DNA from: a virus | Lineage: Duplodnaviria; Caudoviricetes | Virus record (IMG/VR): IMGVR_UViG_3300017540_000008 | Coordinates: 1-40,390 of that record | DNA length: 40,390 nt | Direction: 5' to 3' (one strand) | Shown: positions 26,907 to 36,077 of the stretch, piece after piece | Position numbering within the stretch: position 1 is the first letter of the stretch | Layout of the letters: every line of letters starts with the position of its first letter | Notes under the pieces: generated by a model | The model's database searches: none | Seen by the model: the letters and a program-made list of their open reading frames with translations, nothing else | Told to the model about the DNA's origin: nothing | Made by a program: the position numbers and the translations under genes

Positions 26907-27350
26907 TCAGTCGACGGGTGAACCGACCACCGTGTACTCGACGCTCGAGTACATGCGGGTTCGGTCCTGCGACTCCGTGACGGGATAGGGTCCCCAGGAG
27001 CCGTCGACCGACACGACCGGACAGTCCGGCCCGCCGATCAGAGGCAGCGACTGATCCGTGAAGATCGCGAACACCAGCCGTGCCAGCTCGCGCGCCGGCA
27101 CGTCGAACTTCCGGGTCCCCGCGAGAACGGAGATCCCCATCGTTCGAGTGCCAGACACGATGGACTTCATCGGCCCGCCGTCGTCCCGGAAGACGACCAG
27201 CAGGTCCGGAAACTCACCCTCAGCGGGTTCCTTGTTCGACACCTTCACCTTCGAGGTGTCCACGAGCTGCAGCGTCCGCGTGGGGAGCACAGCCCGCGCG
27301 TACGCGGTCGCCCACAGCTCGAGGTCGGGAGGGAGTACTTCGGTGCCCAC
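26907..27350 (-). CDS. Tail terminator
   Basis: LVVFRDDGGP motif; position before major tail. Confidence 0.8.
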   Translation of the reverse strand: MGTEVLPPDLELWATAYARAVLPTRTLQLVDTSKVKVSNKEPAEGEFPDLLVVFRDDGGPMKSIVSGTRTMGISVLAGTRKFDVPARELARLVFAIFTDQSLPLIGGPDCPVVSVDGSWGPYPVTESQDRTRMYSSVEYTVVGSPVD

Positions 27351-27363
27351 CGCTCCCCCTCCG

Positions 27364-27648
27364 TCAGACCCGGACGCCGTTCAGCGCCCGCGCGAGATTG
27401 CCGGTACGCGCCTCAACGACCATCGCGTGATCCGCGTCGGCGACGACCCGGAACGTGTCGCGGTACGCCGCGCCGCGCTCCTCAACATGGATCGAGTTGC
27501 GGTACTCCTCCGAGTCGACCGGCGCGCTCGCCCGCGCGTTCGCCGCGACCTGCTCGGCCGCCTGCTTGCAGAGCGCCCGCACAACGGGGCTGCGGCCGAG
27601 CCCGTCGAAGAACCCGTCGTTCGCCACAAAGCCTTCGGTCTGCGCCAT
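27364..27648 (-). CDS. HK97 gp10-like tail completion protein
   Basis: ARASAPVDSEEYRNSI...VEARTGNLARAL. Confidence 0.8.
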   Translation of the reverse strand: MAQTEGFVANDGFFDGLGRSPVVRALCKQAAEQVAANARASAPVDSEEYRNSIHVEERGAAYRDTFRVVADADHAMVVEARTGNLARALNGVRV

Positions 27649-27995
27649 CAGCCCAGCCCCCTTCGGAGCGGGATCTCACGCACCGGCTGCCACCCCGTGA
27701 AGGGGTTCGTCTCGGCGTCGGGGATCCCGTCGACCTCGTACACCTTCGACCCGTCCTGGATCTTGTCGCCGAGCCGCACGTCGGCATCCGGCGCGCAGTA
27801 CAGCGACCGCGCCTCGAGCGCCTGCGTGCGGGACTCGCCGAGCACCCGCGACGTCGACGACCCGCCGACATACGCGCCGTCGAGGTCGACCTCGTCAGGG
27901 TCGGACCAGTCCTCCGCGATCTGCTCCTGCGAGTACGGGTCGAGGATCGGCTTCGCGCGCAGCCGCTTCACGGTCGTGCCGAACGGGAACTCCAT
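27648..27995 (-). CDS. Head-to-tail stopper
   Basis: ATG 27995; DPYSQEQIAEDWSDP...YEVDGIP...NPFTGWQP. Confidence 0.8.
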   Translation of the reverse strand: MEFPFGTTVKRLRAKPILDPYSQEQIAEDWSDPDEVDLDGAYVGGSSTSRVLGESRTQALEARSLYCAPDADVRLGDKIQDGSKVYEVDGIPDAETNPFTGWQPVREIPLRRGLG

Positions 27996-28357
27996 CAGCA
28001 GCCCTCCGGCCACATGTTCGCGACCGCGTCGCTCGGCGGCGGGAACGACCCGACAGGCAGCCCGCCGATCCCCGCCTCCGCGCAAAGCGCCTTCAGCGCG
28101 CGGGTCGCATCACCCTCGAACGCCGACCTCACGGCGAGGTAGTCGACGGACGCGGTGCCTACGCGCTGCGCCCGGACCAGCCGCGACCCGCGCGCCTTGA
28201 CCTCCTCGAACACCCGCTTCAGGATCGCGATCGCGTCCTTCTGCTCCTCGGAGTTGTCCGCGAACGAGGCGATGCAGGGAGCGATGGAACGAGCCACGAC
28301 AAGCACCTCGCGCGCGAGGTTCTCATCGGTGCCGATCTTGTCGTGCGTCAGGCCCAT
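27995..28357 (-). CDS. Head-to-tail adaptor
   Basis: ARSIAPCI...GSFP; position after capsid. Confidence 0.75.
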   Translation of the reverse strand: MGLTHDKIGTDENLAREVLVVARSIAPCIASFADNSEEQKDAIAILKRVFEEVKARGSRLVRAQRVGTASVDYLAVRSAFEGDATRALKALCAEAGIGGLPVGSFPPPSDAVANMWPEGC

Positions 28358-28376
28358 CCCATCGCTCCCTTCGTGA

Positions 28377-28589
28377 TCACTTCTTGCCGGACCGGCCCGC
28401 CGGCTTCGCCTCGGGCTCCTTGCCGTCGCCCTCCGGCTCGTCCTCGACGACCGCGATCAGGCCCTTCGCGACGAGGCGCTCGAGGTCGGCGTCGTCCACA
28501 CCGTCCGGGACGTTGTCGCCCCGGAACACGGTGTGCACGCGCCCGCCGACCTTCACCTGCACGCCGGCCGCGGTCACCCGGTGGCCCAT
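28377..28589 (-). CDS. Small capsid-adjacent protein
   Basis: ATG 28589; RGDNVPDGVDDADLERLVAKGLI. Confidence 0.7.
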   Translation of the reverse strand: MGHRVTAAGVQVKVGGRVHTVFRGDNVPDGVDDADLERLVAKGLIAVVEDEPEGDGKEPEAKPAGRSGKK

Positions 28590-29500
28590 CAGAGGCCCGT
28601 CGACGTGATCTCGCACGCCGCCTTCGGGTTGCGGATGACGGGCACGTCGGTCTTGCGGACCTGCACCTTCGTCGAGTCGGACTGCTCACGGAAGCGAGCG
28701 ATCTCGACGGGGAGCCCGTCCTCCATCGTGACCGCCGTGTACTCCGGCGACGGGATGTCCTCGTGACCGATGCCGCCGAGGTTGCGCGTGTCGACCACCG
28801 TCGGGAGCCACCCGTTCGGGAGGTCCGGCGTGTGGATCCACGTCAGCCCGAGCGCCTCGACGAAGTTGCCCGACTCGACGCCGTTGCGCTGCTCACGCGG
28901 GAGCAGGTCGAGCAGCTCAGCGGACGCACCGGCCCACTGATCCTCCGTGACGACGATCGCGTCGGCCTCGAACCCGAGGCGCAGGCCCCGGATCTTCGCC
29001 TTCGCCGCGTTGACGTTCTTCACGATGTTCTTCGGCGTGTTCGTCCACGCGGCGCCGGTCACGTTCTGCGAGACCGTCGACGCGATCGAGGTCAGCGCGA
29101 CCTCGTCGAACTCGCTGACGAGCTTGTTCGCGAGCATCGCCAGCGCACGCTCGATCGGGTCCATCGCCTCGCGGCCGACCTTCTCGTCCGTGATGCGGTG
29201 ACCGAAGCCCTTCTTCAGCGCCTCGATCACGACCGCGCTGTCCTCGGACAGCTCGATCAGCGGGTACTCGCCGCCGGGCTCGACGCGCTCCGGCGCGTCG
29301 GTCGCCTCGGTGGCCTCGTCCGGGATGTAGACGAGCGCGCCGCCCTGCAGCTTGTAGCGCGCCGCCAGGATGCGATGCGCGACGAAGCCGCGCGCCGCGA
29401 TGATCTCGGCGAAGCGCCGAGCGAGCAGCTCCGGCGACTTCAGGAATGCGAGCGCATCCGCCGCGGTGGCAGAGGCGAACGACTTGGGATACGTGTACAT
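28589..29500 (-). CDS. Major capsid protein (HK97 fold)
   Basis: ATG 29500 with AGAGGGG RBS; VEPGGEYP, KKGFGHRITDE, PVIRNPKAA. Confidence 0.88.
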   Translation of the reverse strand: MYTYPKSFASATAADALAFLKSPELLARRFAEIIAARGFVAHRILAARYKLQGGALVYIPDEATEATDAPERVEPGGEYPLIELSEDSAVVIEALKKGFGHRITDEKVGREAMDPIERALAMLANKLVSEFDEVALTSIASTVSQNVTGAAWTNTPKNIVKNVNAAKAKIRGLRLGFEADAIVVTEDQWAGASAELLDLLPREQRNGVESGNFVEALGLTWIHTPDLPNGWLPTVVDTRNLGGIGHEDIPSPEYTAVTMEDGLPVEIARFREQSDSTKVQVRKTDVPVIRNPKAACEITSTGL

Positions 29501-29513
29501 GAAGCGTCCCCTC

Positions 29514-29921
29514 TCAGCGGAACAGTCGGACTTCGATGCGGTCGTCGTCGACCTCGGACACGTCCACGGACGTGAGCGCGATGCCGATGACTGCGCGGGT
29601 GGCGGTGATGTCGGCCTGCACCGTCTCGGAAGCCGCGGCCGCGACCGTGGCGATCTTGCCGGTGTCGGCCGCGACGACGAGGTCGCCAGCGTTGATGTCG
29701 GACGCGGCGAGCAGACGCTGCACCCCGCCGAGCAGGACGACCACCGGCTTGCCGGACGCGGCGCCGGTCGCGGCGGAGCCGATGACCTTCGCGCCGTTCG
29801 CGGCCGTCGCCGGGACGACCGTCCGGTCGCCGGACACCGTGACCAGCTGACCCTCGGTGATCGTCGAGCCGGCGGTGAACGTGACACCCTTCGCGTCGGG
29901 GTCGAACTTGTGGATGCCCAT
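29514..29921 (-). CDS. Capsid decoration/cement protein
   Basis: ATG 29921 with AAGGAGG; TFTAGSTITEGQLV...INAGDLVVA...VIGIALT. Confidence 0.78.
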   Translation of the reverse strand: MGIHKFDPDAKGVTFTAGSTITEGQLVTVSGDRTVVPATAANGAKVIGSAATGAASGKPVVVLLGGVQRLLAASDINAGDLVVAADTGKIATVAAAASETVQADITATRAVIGIALTSVDVSEVDDDRIEVRLFR

Positions 29922-31189
29922 CAGGACTCCTCCTTCGTGCCGTAGATGCGGTCGTACAGCGCGTCCTCGGCGCTGCGGACACCGTCGGACTCGCCGATCT
30001 CGTCGACCGGGAGCGTGTTCGTCGGGAAGGTCGCGAGCAGCGCGGTCGTCTCCTGCTCGTCCTTGTCGAGCGCGGCCCGCCACGTGTCCTTCGACTTCGC
30101 GGTGATGCGGCCGGACTTCAGCGCGTCGGCGATGATCTTGTCGCGGCGCGCCGCGTCGATCGCGTCCTTCGCCTCACGGCCCGCCGCGGCGTCGCGCTTC
30201 AGGTCGTCGAGGACGGTCTGATCGACGACCGTCGCGCCCTCCGGGATGGCGGCGGTCACGTTGACCACCGTCGTGTCTTCGGCCGTCTCGTTCAGCGCCT
30301 CGTCGACGGCCGCGAGCAGCGCGTCATCCGAGATGTCGGCATCGGTCACACCGAGCCGCTGAGCGAGGCCAGCCTTCAGGTCGTCGTAAGCCACGACGTT
30401 CTCCTTTCGGATGGTGGACCCCGGCTCGGCCGAGACGGGGGTTCGGGTGCCCGACGCGGACGCGCCGGCACGTGTGTGGGCGGCGGAGTCCTCCGCCTCG
30501 CCGGGTTCGACGATCACGAGCTCGTCGTCGTCGTCCGCCCCGGCGGTGTGCGTCTCCCCCGCGTCGGGGATGACCGCGATCCGGTCGGCGAGGCCGAGGT
30601 CGACCGTCGCCTGCGCCGTGAGGTAGGTGTCCTCGTTCAGCAGCGCCGCCCAGTCCTGGTCGCCGGCCTTCGCCGTATAGATCTCGATGATCGACGCCTG
30701 CACGCCGTCGAGGATGTCGGCCTCCTTGCGCAGCTCGTTCGCGTTGCCGTACATGAAGGCGAGCGGCGCGTGGATCATCATCTGCGTGCCGGGCGACATC
30801 ACCGTCTCGTCGCACCCGGCCGCGATGACCGACGCGGCGGACGCGGCGATGCCGTCGACGACCGCGGTGATCTTCGCCTTGTGCGCCCGCAGCATGTTCA
30901 GGATCGTGACCGCCTCGAACACGAGCCCGCCCGGCGAGTTGATCCGCAGCACGATCTGATCGACCGACTCCGGCAGCGCGTCGAGCACCTCGCCGACGTC
31001 GGCCGCCGAGATCCCCCACCAGCCGCCCCACGAGTCGATCGGCCCGTACATCCGGATCGTCGCGACCGTCCCGTCCCCGGTCGGCGCCGGGGTCGTGATC
31101 GCGTCGAAGAACTCGTGCTTGTTCGCGGGAGGCTTCGTCGAGCCCCAGTACCTGTTCGCCCAGTCGTGCGGGCTGATCTTGTGGCTCAC
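29921..31189 (-). CDS. ClpP-like capsid maturation protease fused to scaffold
   Basis: INSPGG, GIAASAAS, QMMIH, GLADRI; acidic helical C-terminus (DALKSGRI). Confidence 0.92.
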   Translation of the reverse strand: MSHKISPHDWANRYWGSTKPPANKHEFFDAITTPAPTGDGTVATIRMYGPIDSWGGWWGISAADVGEVLDALPESVDQIVLRINSPGGLVFEAVTILNMLRAHKAKITAVVDGIAASAASVIAAGCDETVMSPGTQMMIHAPLAFMYGNANELRKEADILDGVQASIIEIYTAKAGDQDWAALLNEDTYLTAQATVDLGLADRIAVIPDAGETHTAGADDDDELVIVEPGEAEDSAAHTRAGASASGTRTPVSAEPGSTIRKENVVAYDDLKAGLAQRLGVTDADISDDALLAAVDEALNETAEDTTVVNVTAAIPEGATVVDQTVLDDLKRDAAAGREAKDAIDAARRDKIIADALKSGRITAKSKDTWRAALDKDEQETTALLATFPTNTLPVDEIGESDGVRSAEDALYDRIYGTKEES

Positions 31190-32610
31190 GCCGCCTCCTC
31201 CGTATCTGTCGTCGCCGGCATCCGGCTCACGTCCGGACCGTCGCCCTGCAGGTCAGCGCCGGCACGCCGAATGAGCTCGCGTGCCTCGTCCTGCCGCAGC
31301 GGCACCTTGTCGGTGGCGAGGTAGATCTTCTGCGCCGTCTCCGCCGCCGCACGAGCGCGCGCCGCATCGTCGAGCTCGCCCCCGCCGGCACCCTCCCCGA
31401 CCGGCAGACCGAAGTGCGCCCGCAGGTACTCCTCGAGCGGAGCATCCGGGCGGATCGCCTTGCACTCGATCAGGGTCTTGATCGCCTCCGCCGTGATCGG
31501 CTGCTGCTCCCCGATCGCCGCAGGCACGAGCCGCGGCGCGGGCTCCGTCTCGCCCCAGTTCGCGTCGACGAGATCCTCGATGACGTGCTGGTTGAAGACC
31601 TCGGCGACGTACTGCGCGACCGCGTTCAGCGAGTCGGTGAAGAAGTTCGCGAACGTCGACCCGAGCGCCCACGACCCCGTCTCGCTGCCGAGGTTCAGGA
31701 AGTGCGCGAGCACCGCGCGCGCGATCTGCTCGTCGTAGTACCGGATCGGCCCGTCGGTGTCGGGCAGTTTCCCGCTGACACCCTTCAGGTCGAAGGTCGC
31801 CCCGTACGGCAGGGAGACGCCGGCCGTGTCGCCGGCGCGGGCGCCCTTCGCGATCTCGAGCCCGCGCGCGATCTGCTCGTCGAGCCACTTCACCGCGGCC
31901 TCGAAGTTGTCGGCGACATCGGGCGGCGCCGCCGACGTCACGACCGGCAGGCCGAGCCCGTTCCGCTCGGCGACGAGCGCCTGAATGCGCAGCAGCCGGT
32001 CCTTGAGGATCGACATCTTGTATGCCGACCGGAGGATGGACTCGCCCGCCCAGTTGCCACCCTCGCGCTCGTGCACGAACGCGACCAGCCGGTCGACCCC
32101 GATCAGCTCCTTCACCCCGTGCTGCTTGATGCCCTTCAGCCCGCCGTCGCGCTCGACCTTGATGTCCGAGATCGTGCGCGGCGGACGCCACGCGAGCTTC
32201 TTCAGCCGTGCCATCCCCGACGACTGGTCGTAGACCTGCTCGAAGAACGAGTGCCCGTAGACCAGCATCAGCAGCGCGAGCCGCAGCGTGTCCCGGAACG
32301 ACAGGCGCCCCTTCGAGCGCAGCGGCGCGACGAACGCGCGCCCCTTGATCGGCAGACCCAGATCCTCCGCCACGAGCTGCACGACCTCCTCGCGGCAGCC
32401 CGTGCCGTCGAGCGTCCACTCGGTGCGCAGGATCGGCAGGGTCACCGCACGCAGCACCGACTTCACCTGCGGGTCCTCGCGGCGCATCCGGTCGAACACC
32501 TCGACCGAGTGCGGCCAGCGCAGGTCGGGGTTCGACTCGTAGGCGAACTCGGCGGTGAGCCCACCCCACCCGAACAGATCCTTCGCGACCTGATAACCGA
32601 TCTCCGCCAC
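31186..32610 (-). CDS. Portal protein
   Basis: FDRMRREDPQV, YGHSFFEQVY, GESILRSAY, ERNGLGLP, GSWALG. Confidence 0.92.
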   Translation of the reverse strand: MAEIGYQVAKDLFGWGGLTAEFAYESNPDLRWPHSVEVFDRMRREDPQVKSVLRAVTLPILRTEWTLDGTGCREEVVQLVAEDLGLPIKGRAFVAPLRSKGRLSFRDTLRLALLMLVYGHSFFEQVYDQSSGMARLKKLAWRPPRTISDIKVERDGGLKGIKQHGVKELIGVDRLVAFVHEREGGNWAGESILRSAYKMSILKDRLLRIQALVAERNGLGLPVVTSAAPPDVADNFEAAVKWLDEQIARGLEIAKGARAGDTAGVSLPYGATFDLKGVSGKLPDTDGPIRYYDEQIARAVLAHFLNLGSETGSWALGSTFANFFTDSLNAVAQYVAEVFNQHVIEDLVDANWGETEPAPRLVPAAIGEQQPITAEAIKTLIECKAIRPDAPLEEYLRAHFGLPVGEGAGGGELDDAARARAAAETAQKIYLATDKVPLRQDEARELIRRAGADLQGDGPDVSRMPATTDTEEAA

Positions 32611-32620
32611 AGCGACCTCC

Positions 32621-34171
32621 TCAGAAACGCACGGTGGCGAGATCCACCTCGTTACGCGCGACGTCGCCGCGCTTCAGCACCTGCGGCGCAGGCGCCGGCA
32701 CCTTCTTCTTCAGCGGCGTCGCCTCGGACTTCAGGACGCCCCACAGCGCCCACGTGACCGCCTGAGCCTGCGTGACCGGCTTCGTCGGATCCGACTGCTC
32801 CCACGTCACCCCGGCGCGGCCGATGTTCCGGGTCGTCGCGAACTGCAGCGACTTCGTCACCTCGTCCTGCGGCCGGTGCGGGACGAGCCCCGCGTTCACG
32901 TGCTCGATGAACAGGGTGTGAGCTGCGGCGATCTCGTCGAGGTTCATCGCGAGGTACTTCACCTTCGCGCGGTCGAGCGCCGACAGCACCGACGCCGCGT
33001 TCTTCGGGTCGAGCACGACCAGCGCGTCCCCGTGCTCCTTCTTGAGCTTCTTCAGGTAGTCGGCGACCCAGCGGGTGCCGCCCTCGGTGTGCGCGTGCTC
33101 GACCGCGATCCGGTCGTCGTCGACGCGGACGGCCATCCCGACGGTGCCGTACCCGCCGCCGCGGCCGAGCGCCAGCGACAGCACGACACCGTCGCCCTTC
33201 ACCGCGGCGTCCTTGCGCGCCTGCTTCTTCCACTCCTCGAGGTCGAGGTTCGACAGGGCGACGTCCTCGACCGGTGCCCGGTTCGGCCACACCGAGAACC
33301 GCTCCCGGAGCAGCTCCTCGTGGTCGGTCGCTCGCTCGACCTGCTCGGCGACCGTGTCCGCCTGGATCCACAGGCCGAGCGCCGGGATGCCCTCGCGCCA
33401 GACCTGCGGGTCGTGCACGTCGATCGTCTTCGCCGCCTCCGGATCCTCCGCACCCTTCGGCGACCACTCCTGCCACAGCGTGCGGCGGGCGCCGGCGCGG
33501 CCGCGATCCCGGACGCCCTCGAACACCTCGCCGTCGTCGAGCTCGCCCGGCACCGTGCCGGTGAAGATCTCCTGCCGGTTGGGGATCGTCGACTGCGTGT
33601 AGGTCAGCGCCGACCGCGCCTGCCGCGACAGCTCCTGCGCCTCGTCATAGACGATGTCAGCGGCACCGAACCCGCGGCCCGACTTCTTCGACCGTGCGAT
33701 GAACCGCACCCGGTCGCCGAGCAGCTGACCGGGGCGCGTCTTAAGGACGATCGCCTCCTTGCCGTTCGCCGTGTAGATGTGATCGACGAGCGACATCAGC
33801 GTGTCGTTCGAGGCGATGATCGCGGCCAGCTTCTCGAACGACTCCGTCGCCGTCTTCACCTCGTGAGCGGTGTGCAGCACCGTCCGGCGCCGCAGGTCCG
33901 GCATCGGGAACAGGAACAGGCGCACGAGGTCGAACGCGATCAGATCCTCGGTCTTCCCGTTCTGTCGGGACACGAGCAGGCCGGCCTCCGACGCCGCCCA
34001 GTTCCCGTCGCCGTCGACGTCGTGCCACGCCCACAGCACGTACTCCTGCCAGTCCTCGAGCCGCATCCCCGCCGCCGACACGAAGTCGACCGCGAGGTCC
34101 CCGTACGACGCGACCGCGTCCGGCCTACTTTCGAGGCGCGGCCGTTGCTCCCCCAGCAGCGCGGCGAGCAT
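32621..34171 (-). CDS. terL: Terminase large subunit
   Basis: VSRQNGKT (Walker A), VYDEAQ (Walker B), GRG, FTGT; start ATG 34171 or 34186. Confidence 0.92.
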   Translation of the reverse strand: MLAALLGEQRPRLESRPDAVASYGDLAVDFVSAAGMRLEDWQEYVLWAWHDVDGDGNWAASEAGLLVSRQNGKTEDLIAFDLVRLFLFPMPDLRRRTVLHTAHEVKTATESFEKLAAIIASNDTLMSLVDHIYTANGKEAIVLKTRPGQLLGDRVRFIARSKKSGRGFGAADIVYDEAQELSRQARSALTYTQSTIPNRQEIFTGTVPGELDDGEVFEGVRDRGRAGARRTLWQEWSPKGAEDPEAAKTIDVHDPQVWREGIPALGLWIQADTVAEQVERATDHEELLRERFSVWPNRAPVEDVALSNLDLEEWKKQARKDAAVKGDGVVLSLALGRGGGYGTVGMAVRVDDDRIAVEHAHTEGGTRWVADYLKKLKKEHGDALVVLDPKNAASVLSALDRAKVKYLAMNLDEIAAAHTLFIEHVNAGLVPHRPQDEVTKSLQFATTRNIGRAGVTWEQSDPTKPVTQAQAVTWALWGVLKSEATPLKKKVPAPAPQVLKRGDVARNEVDLATVRF

Positions 34172-34586
34172 TGAAGAACTCTGCAACCGGATCAGCCTCC
34201 CCAGCAGGCCCCGCGCCGGGACCCGACGGACCGCCCGTCACCCGCACGAGCTCGTCGACGAGCTCCGAGTGCCGCTTCGACAGCTGCACGATCTTCAGCG
34301 GGTCGGCCTCCGCGATCGCTTCCATCGCCTTCTTCACCAGCGCCATGTTCGCGAGCAGCTCCGCCCGCGCGTCCATGTCGCCCGCCGGCGCATCCGGCAT
34401 CCGCACCGAGCCGCCCGGCAGCGCCACAATCGGGCGCGGATCGAGCGCATCGTCGTCCGTGTCCGCTTCCCGCTTCCGCCTCGTCGCGTTGTGCGCCTCC
34501 CGGCACGCCGCGTCAATCGGCTCACCCCGACGACGATGACGCTGATAGGCCGAGTCGGTGCCACACGGCGCAAGCTTCCGAGGCAC
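34125..34586 (-). CDS. Terminase small subunit (putative)
   Basis: GTG 34586 with GAAGGAG; PCGTDSAYQRH...ACREAH; helical C-terminus with DPVAEF; upstream of TerL. Confidence 0.7.
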   Translation of the reverse strand: MPRKLAPCGTDSAYQRHRRRGEPIDAACREAHNATRRKREADTDDDALDPRPIVALPGGSVRMPDAPAGDMDARAELLANMALVKKAMEAIAEADPLKIVQLSKRHSELVDELVRVTGGPSGPGAGPAGEADPVAEFFNARRAAGGATAAPRK

Positions 34587-34629
34587 ATCGACTCCTTCCT
34601 CAGGCCCACCCCATCCCGTCACTACATCC

Positions 34630-34692
34630 CGGGGAGAGATGCGCCAGGCGCGCGCGGGAGCGTGGCGGCTCGAGGGTGGTGCTGGATTTTTT
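34630..34692. other. Probable cos/packaging site
   Basis: Between HNH and TerS; minus strand AAAAAATCC...CCCGCGCGCGCC-TGGCGCATCTCTCCCCG; plus strand switches from C-rich to G/T-rich here. Confidence 0.55.
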
Positions 34693-34720
34693 GACGGTCG
34701 CGGTCGGGTGTGTCGTGGGG

Positions 34721-35032
34721 TTAGGTGGCGGCCCATTGGTCGAGGTCGGGTGCGACGTGGTCGTTCTTGCGGCTGTTGCAGCGGCGGTGCATGGGGACGA
34801 GGGTTTGTCCGAGGAGGGTGCCGCCGTGTCCGAGGGGTGTGTCGTGGTCTGCGGTGAACGACAGCGGGTGTTGGTAGTCGAGGGTGGTGTCGATGGGTTC
34901 CCCGCATCCCCAGCCGGATGGTGACCCGTACCCGCACGGGAGGTTCTCGTCGCGGGTGCGGCGCTTCAGTGCGGCTTGCTTGCGGCGGTAGGCGCGGTGT
35001 CCCTTGCCGTTGCGGATGTGTTCGGTGCCCAT
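34721..35032 (-). CDS. Packaging-associated HNH endonuclease
   Basis: PC...CGEPID...SFTADH...PMHRRCNSRK; directly before cos/TerS. Confidence 0.85.
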   Translation of the reverse strand: MGTEHIRNGKGHRAYRRKQAALKRRTRDENLPCGYGSPSGWGCGEPIDTTLDYQHPLSFTADHDTPLGHGGTLLGQTLVPMHRRCNSRKNDHVAPDLDQWAAT

Positions 35033-35127
35033 GTGTCCGGCTCCTCGGTGTCGAGGTCGTTCGTTAGGACGTCGCAGCAGACGCCGGCGAAGGGTGGGAG
35101 GCGTGTCTCGCAGATCGGGCAGTTCAT
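34966..35127 (-). CDS. 53-aa Cys-rich hypothetical protein
   Basis: MNCPICETRLPPFAGVCC; ATG overlaps upstream stop, but 67-bp overlap with HNH. Confidence 0.45.
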   Translation of the reverse strand: MNCPICETRLPPFAGVCCDVLTNDLDTEEPDTWAPNTSATARDTAPTAASKPH

Positions 35128-35366
35128 TGCCTGTCCCCGGCCTTGTGCGCCCGTGTGCCTGCGAAGAACCGGTGGATCGGGTCCCATCGGGGGTTGAGCA
35201 GGTTCGCGACGTGTGCGGCGACGAGGAGGATGCCTGCGCGTGCGAGCACGGGGTGGCGTGTGATCCACCCGTCCGCGTGCTCGGACAGGGTGCCGCCTTC
35301 CTCCGACGTGAGGTTGTAGACGATCACGAACGCGGCGAGCAGCGCCCACGCGCGCCCCGGGGTCAC
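35124..35366 (-). CDS. Small membrane protein
   Basis: GTG 35366; AWALLAAFVIVYN...TLSE...AHVANLLNPRWDPIH. Confidence 0.75.
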   Translation of the reverse strand: MTPGRAWALLAAFVIVYNLTSEEGGTLSEHADGWITRHPVLARAGILLVAAHVANLLNPRWDPIHRFFAGTRAHKAGDRQ

Positions 35367-35596
35367 GCTTCCTCCGCGAGCAGGTGACGCTGGTCGATGA
35401 TGCGGGCGGACTGCATGACGAGGTTGTCCCAGTACTCCGTGCCGTGGTGTCCGCAGAACGACAGCGTGTACCCGTTGCGCAGCTCGACGAAGACGTACGC
35501 CTTCGACCCGCACTCCTTCGCGTCGCACCGGTCGTCGGCGACCTCGACGACGGTGACCTTCCCACGGTCGACGATGTCGATAGGCACGGTGTCCAC
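35363..35596 (-). CDS. Small Zn-binding hypothetical protein
   Basis: DRCDAKECGSKAYV...LSFCGHHG. Confidence 0.75.
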   Translation of the reverse strand: MDTVPIDIVDRGKVTVVEVADDRCDAKECGSKAYVFVELRNGYTLSFCGHHGTEYWDNLVMQSARIIDQRHLLAEEA

Positions 35597-35617
35597 GATG
35601 ACCCCCGGACAGGATGG

Positions 35618-35688
35618 CGCCCCGGCCCGGGAGGTGGAGGCCAGCAGGTGGGGACGCTGTGCTCGAGCTCGACTCCCGGGCCGGGGCG
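35618..35688. repeat. Perfect 16-bp inverted repeat
   Basis: CGCCCCGGCCCGGGAG 35618-35633 / CTCCCGGGCCGGGGCG 35673-35688. Confidence 0.85.
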
Positions 35689-35710
35689 ATTCACGGTGAG
35701 CACGCGGGGT

Positions 35711-35747
35711 GGTGACGTGGCGTCACCTTGCCCGCTATCGTGCGGGC
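35711..35747 (+). promoter_or_regulatory. Putative leaderless promoter covered by two palindromes
   Basis: TATCGT 6 nt before ATG 35748, inside GCCCGC/GCGGGC; GGTGACG-TGG-CGTCACC upstream. Confidence 0.5.
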
Positions 35748-35936
35748 ATGGGGAAGAACAAGAAGGACCCGTACCTCGTGGTCGTGAAGAACTTCGTCGT
35801 GTCCGACCGGCGCGGGCGGAAGTACATGGAGCAGATGCTGAACGACGGGTACGAGGTCGTATCGCAGACGAAGACCGCGTTCACTCGGGCGACGACGGTG
35901 ACGTTCCGGAAGCCGAACCCGGACTTCAAGGGCTGA
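35748..35936 (+). CDS. 62-aa counter-oriented moron-like protein
   Basis: MGKNKKDPYLVVVKNF...MEQMLNDGYEVVSQTK...VTFRKP; strongly G/C third positions; hairpin after stop. Confidence 0.75.
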   Translation: MGKNKKDPYLVVVKNFVVSDRRGRKYMEQMLNDGYEVVSQTKTAFTRATTVTFRKPNPDFKG

Positions 35937-35942
35937 CGGGCA

Positions 35943-36072
35943 GGGCCGGCCGACAGCACGAACGCCTCCCGGGATGAGGTGGGAGGCGTCGGGTCGGCCG
36001 GCCCCGGTGTGAGACCGCCCGTAGCAAGGACGAAGGTGCCGGGCGGTTATCTCTCCGCCGACACCTTTCCGA
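35943..36072 (-). ncRNA. Candidate structured leader/small RNA
   Basis: Two hairpins with G-U pairs favouring the minus strand, just downstream of a promoter-like sequence. Confidence 0.4.
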
Positions 36073-36077
36073 CTCTG

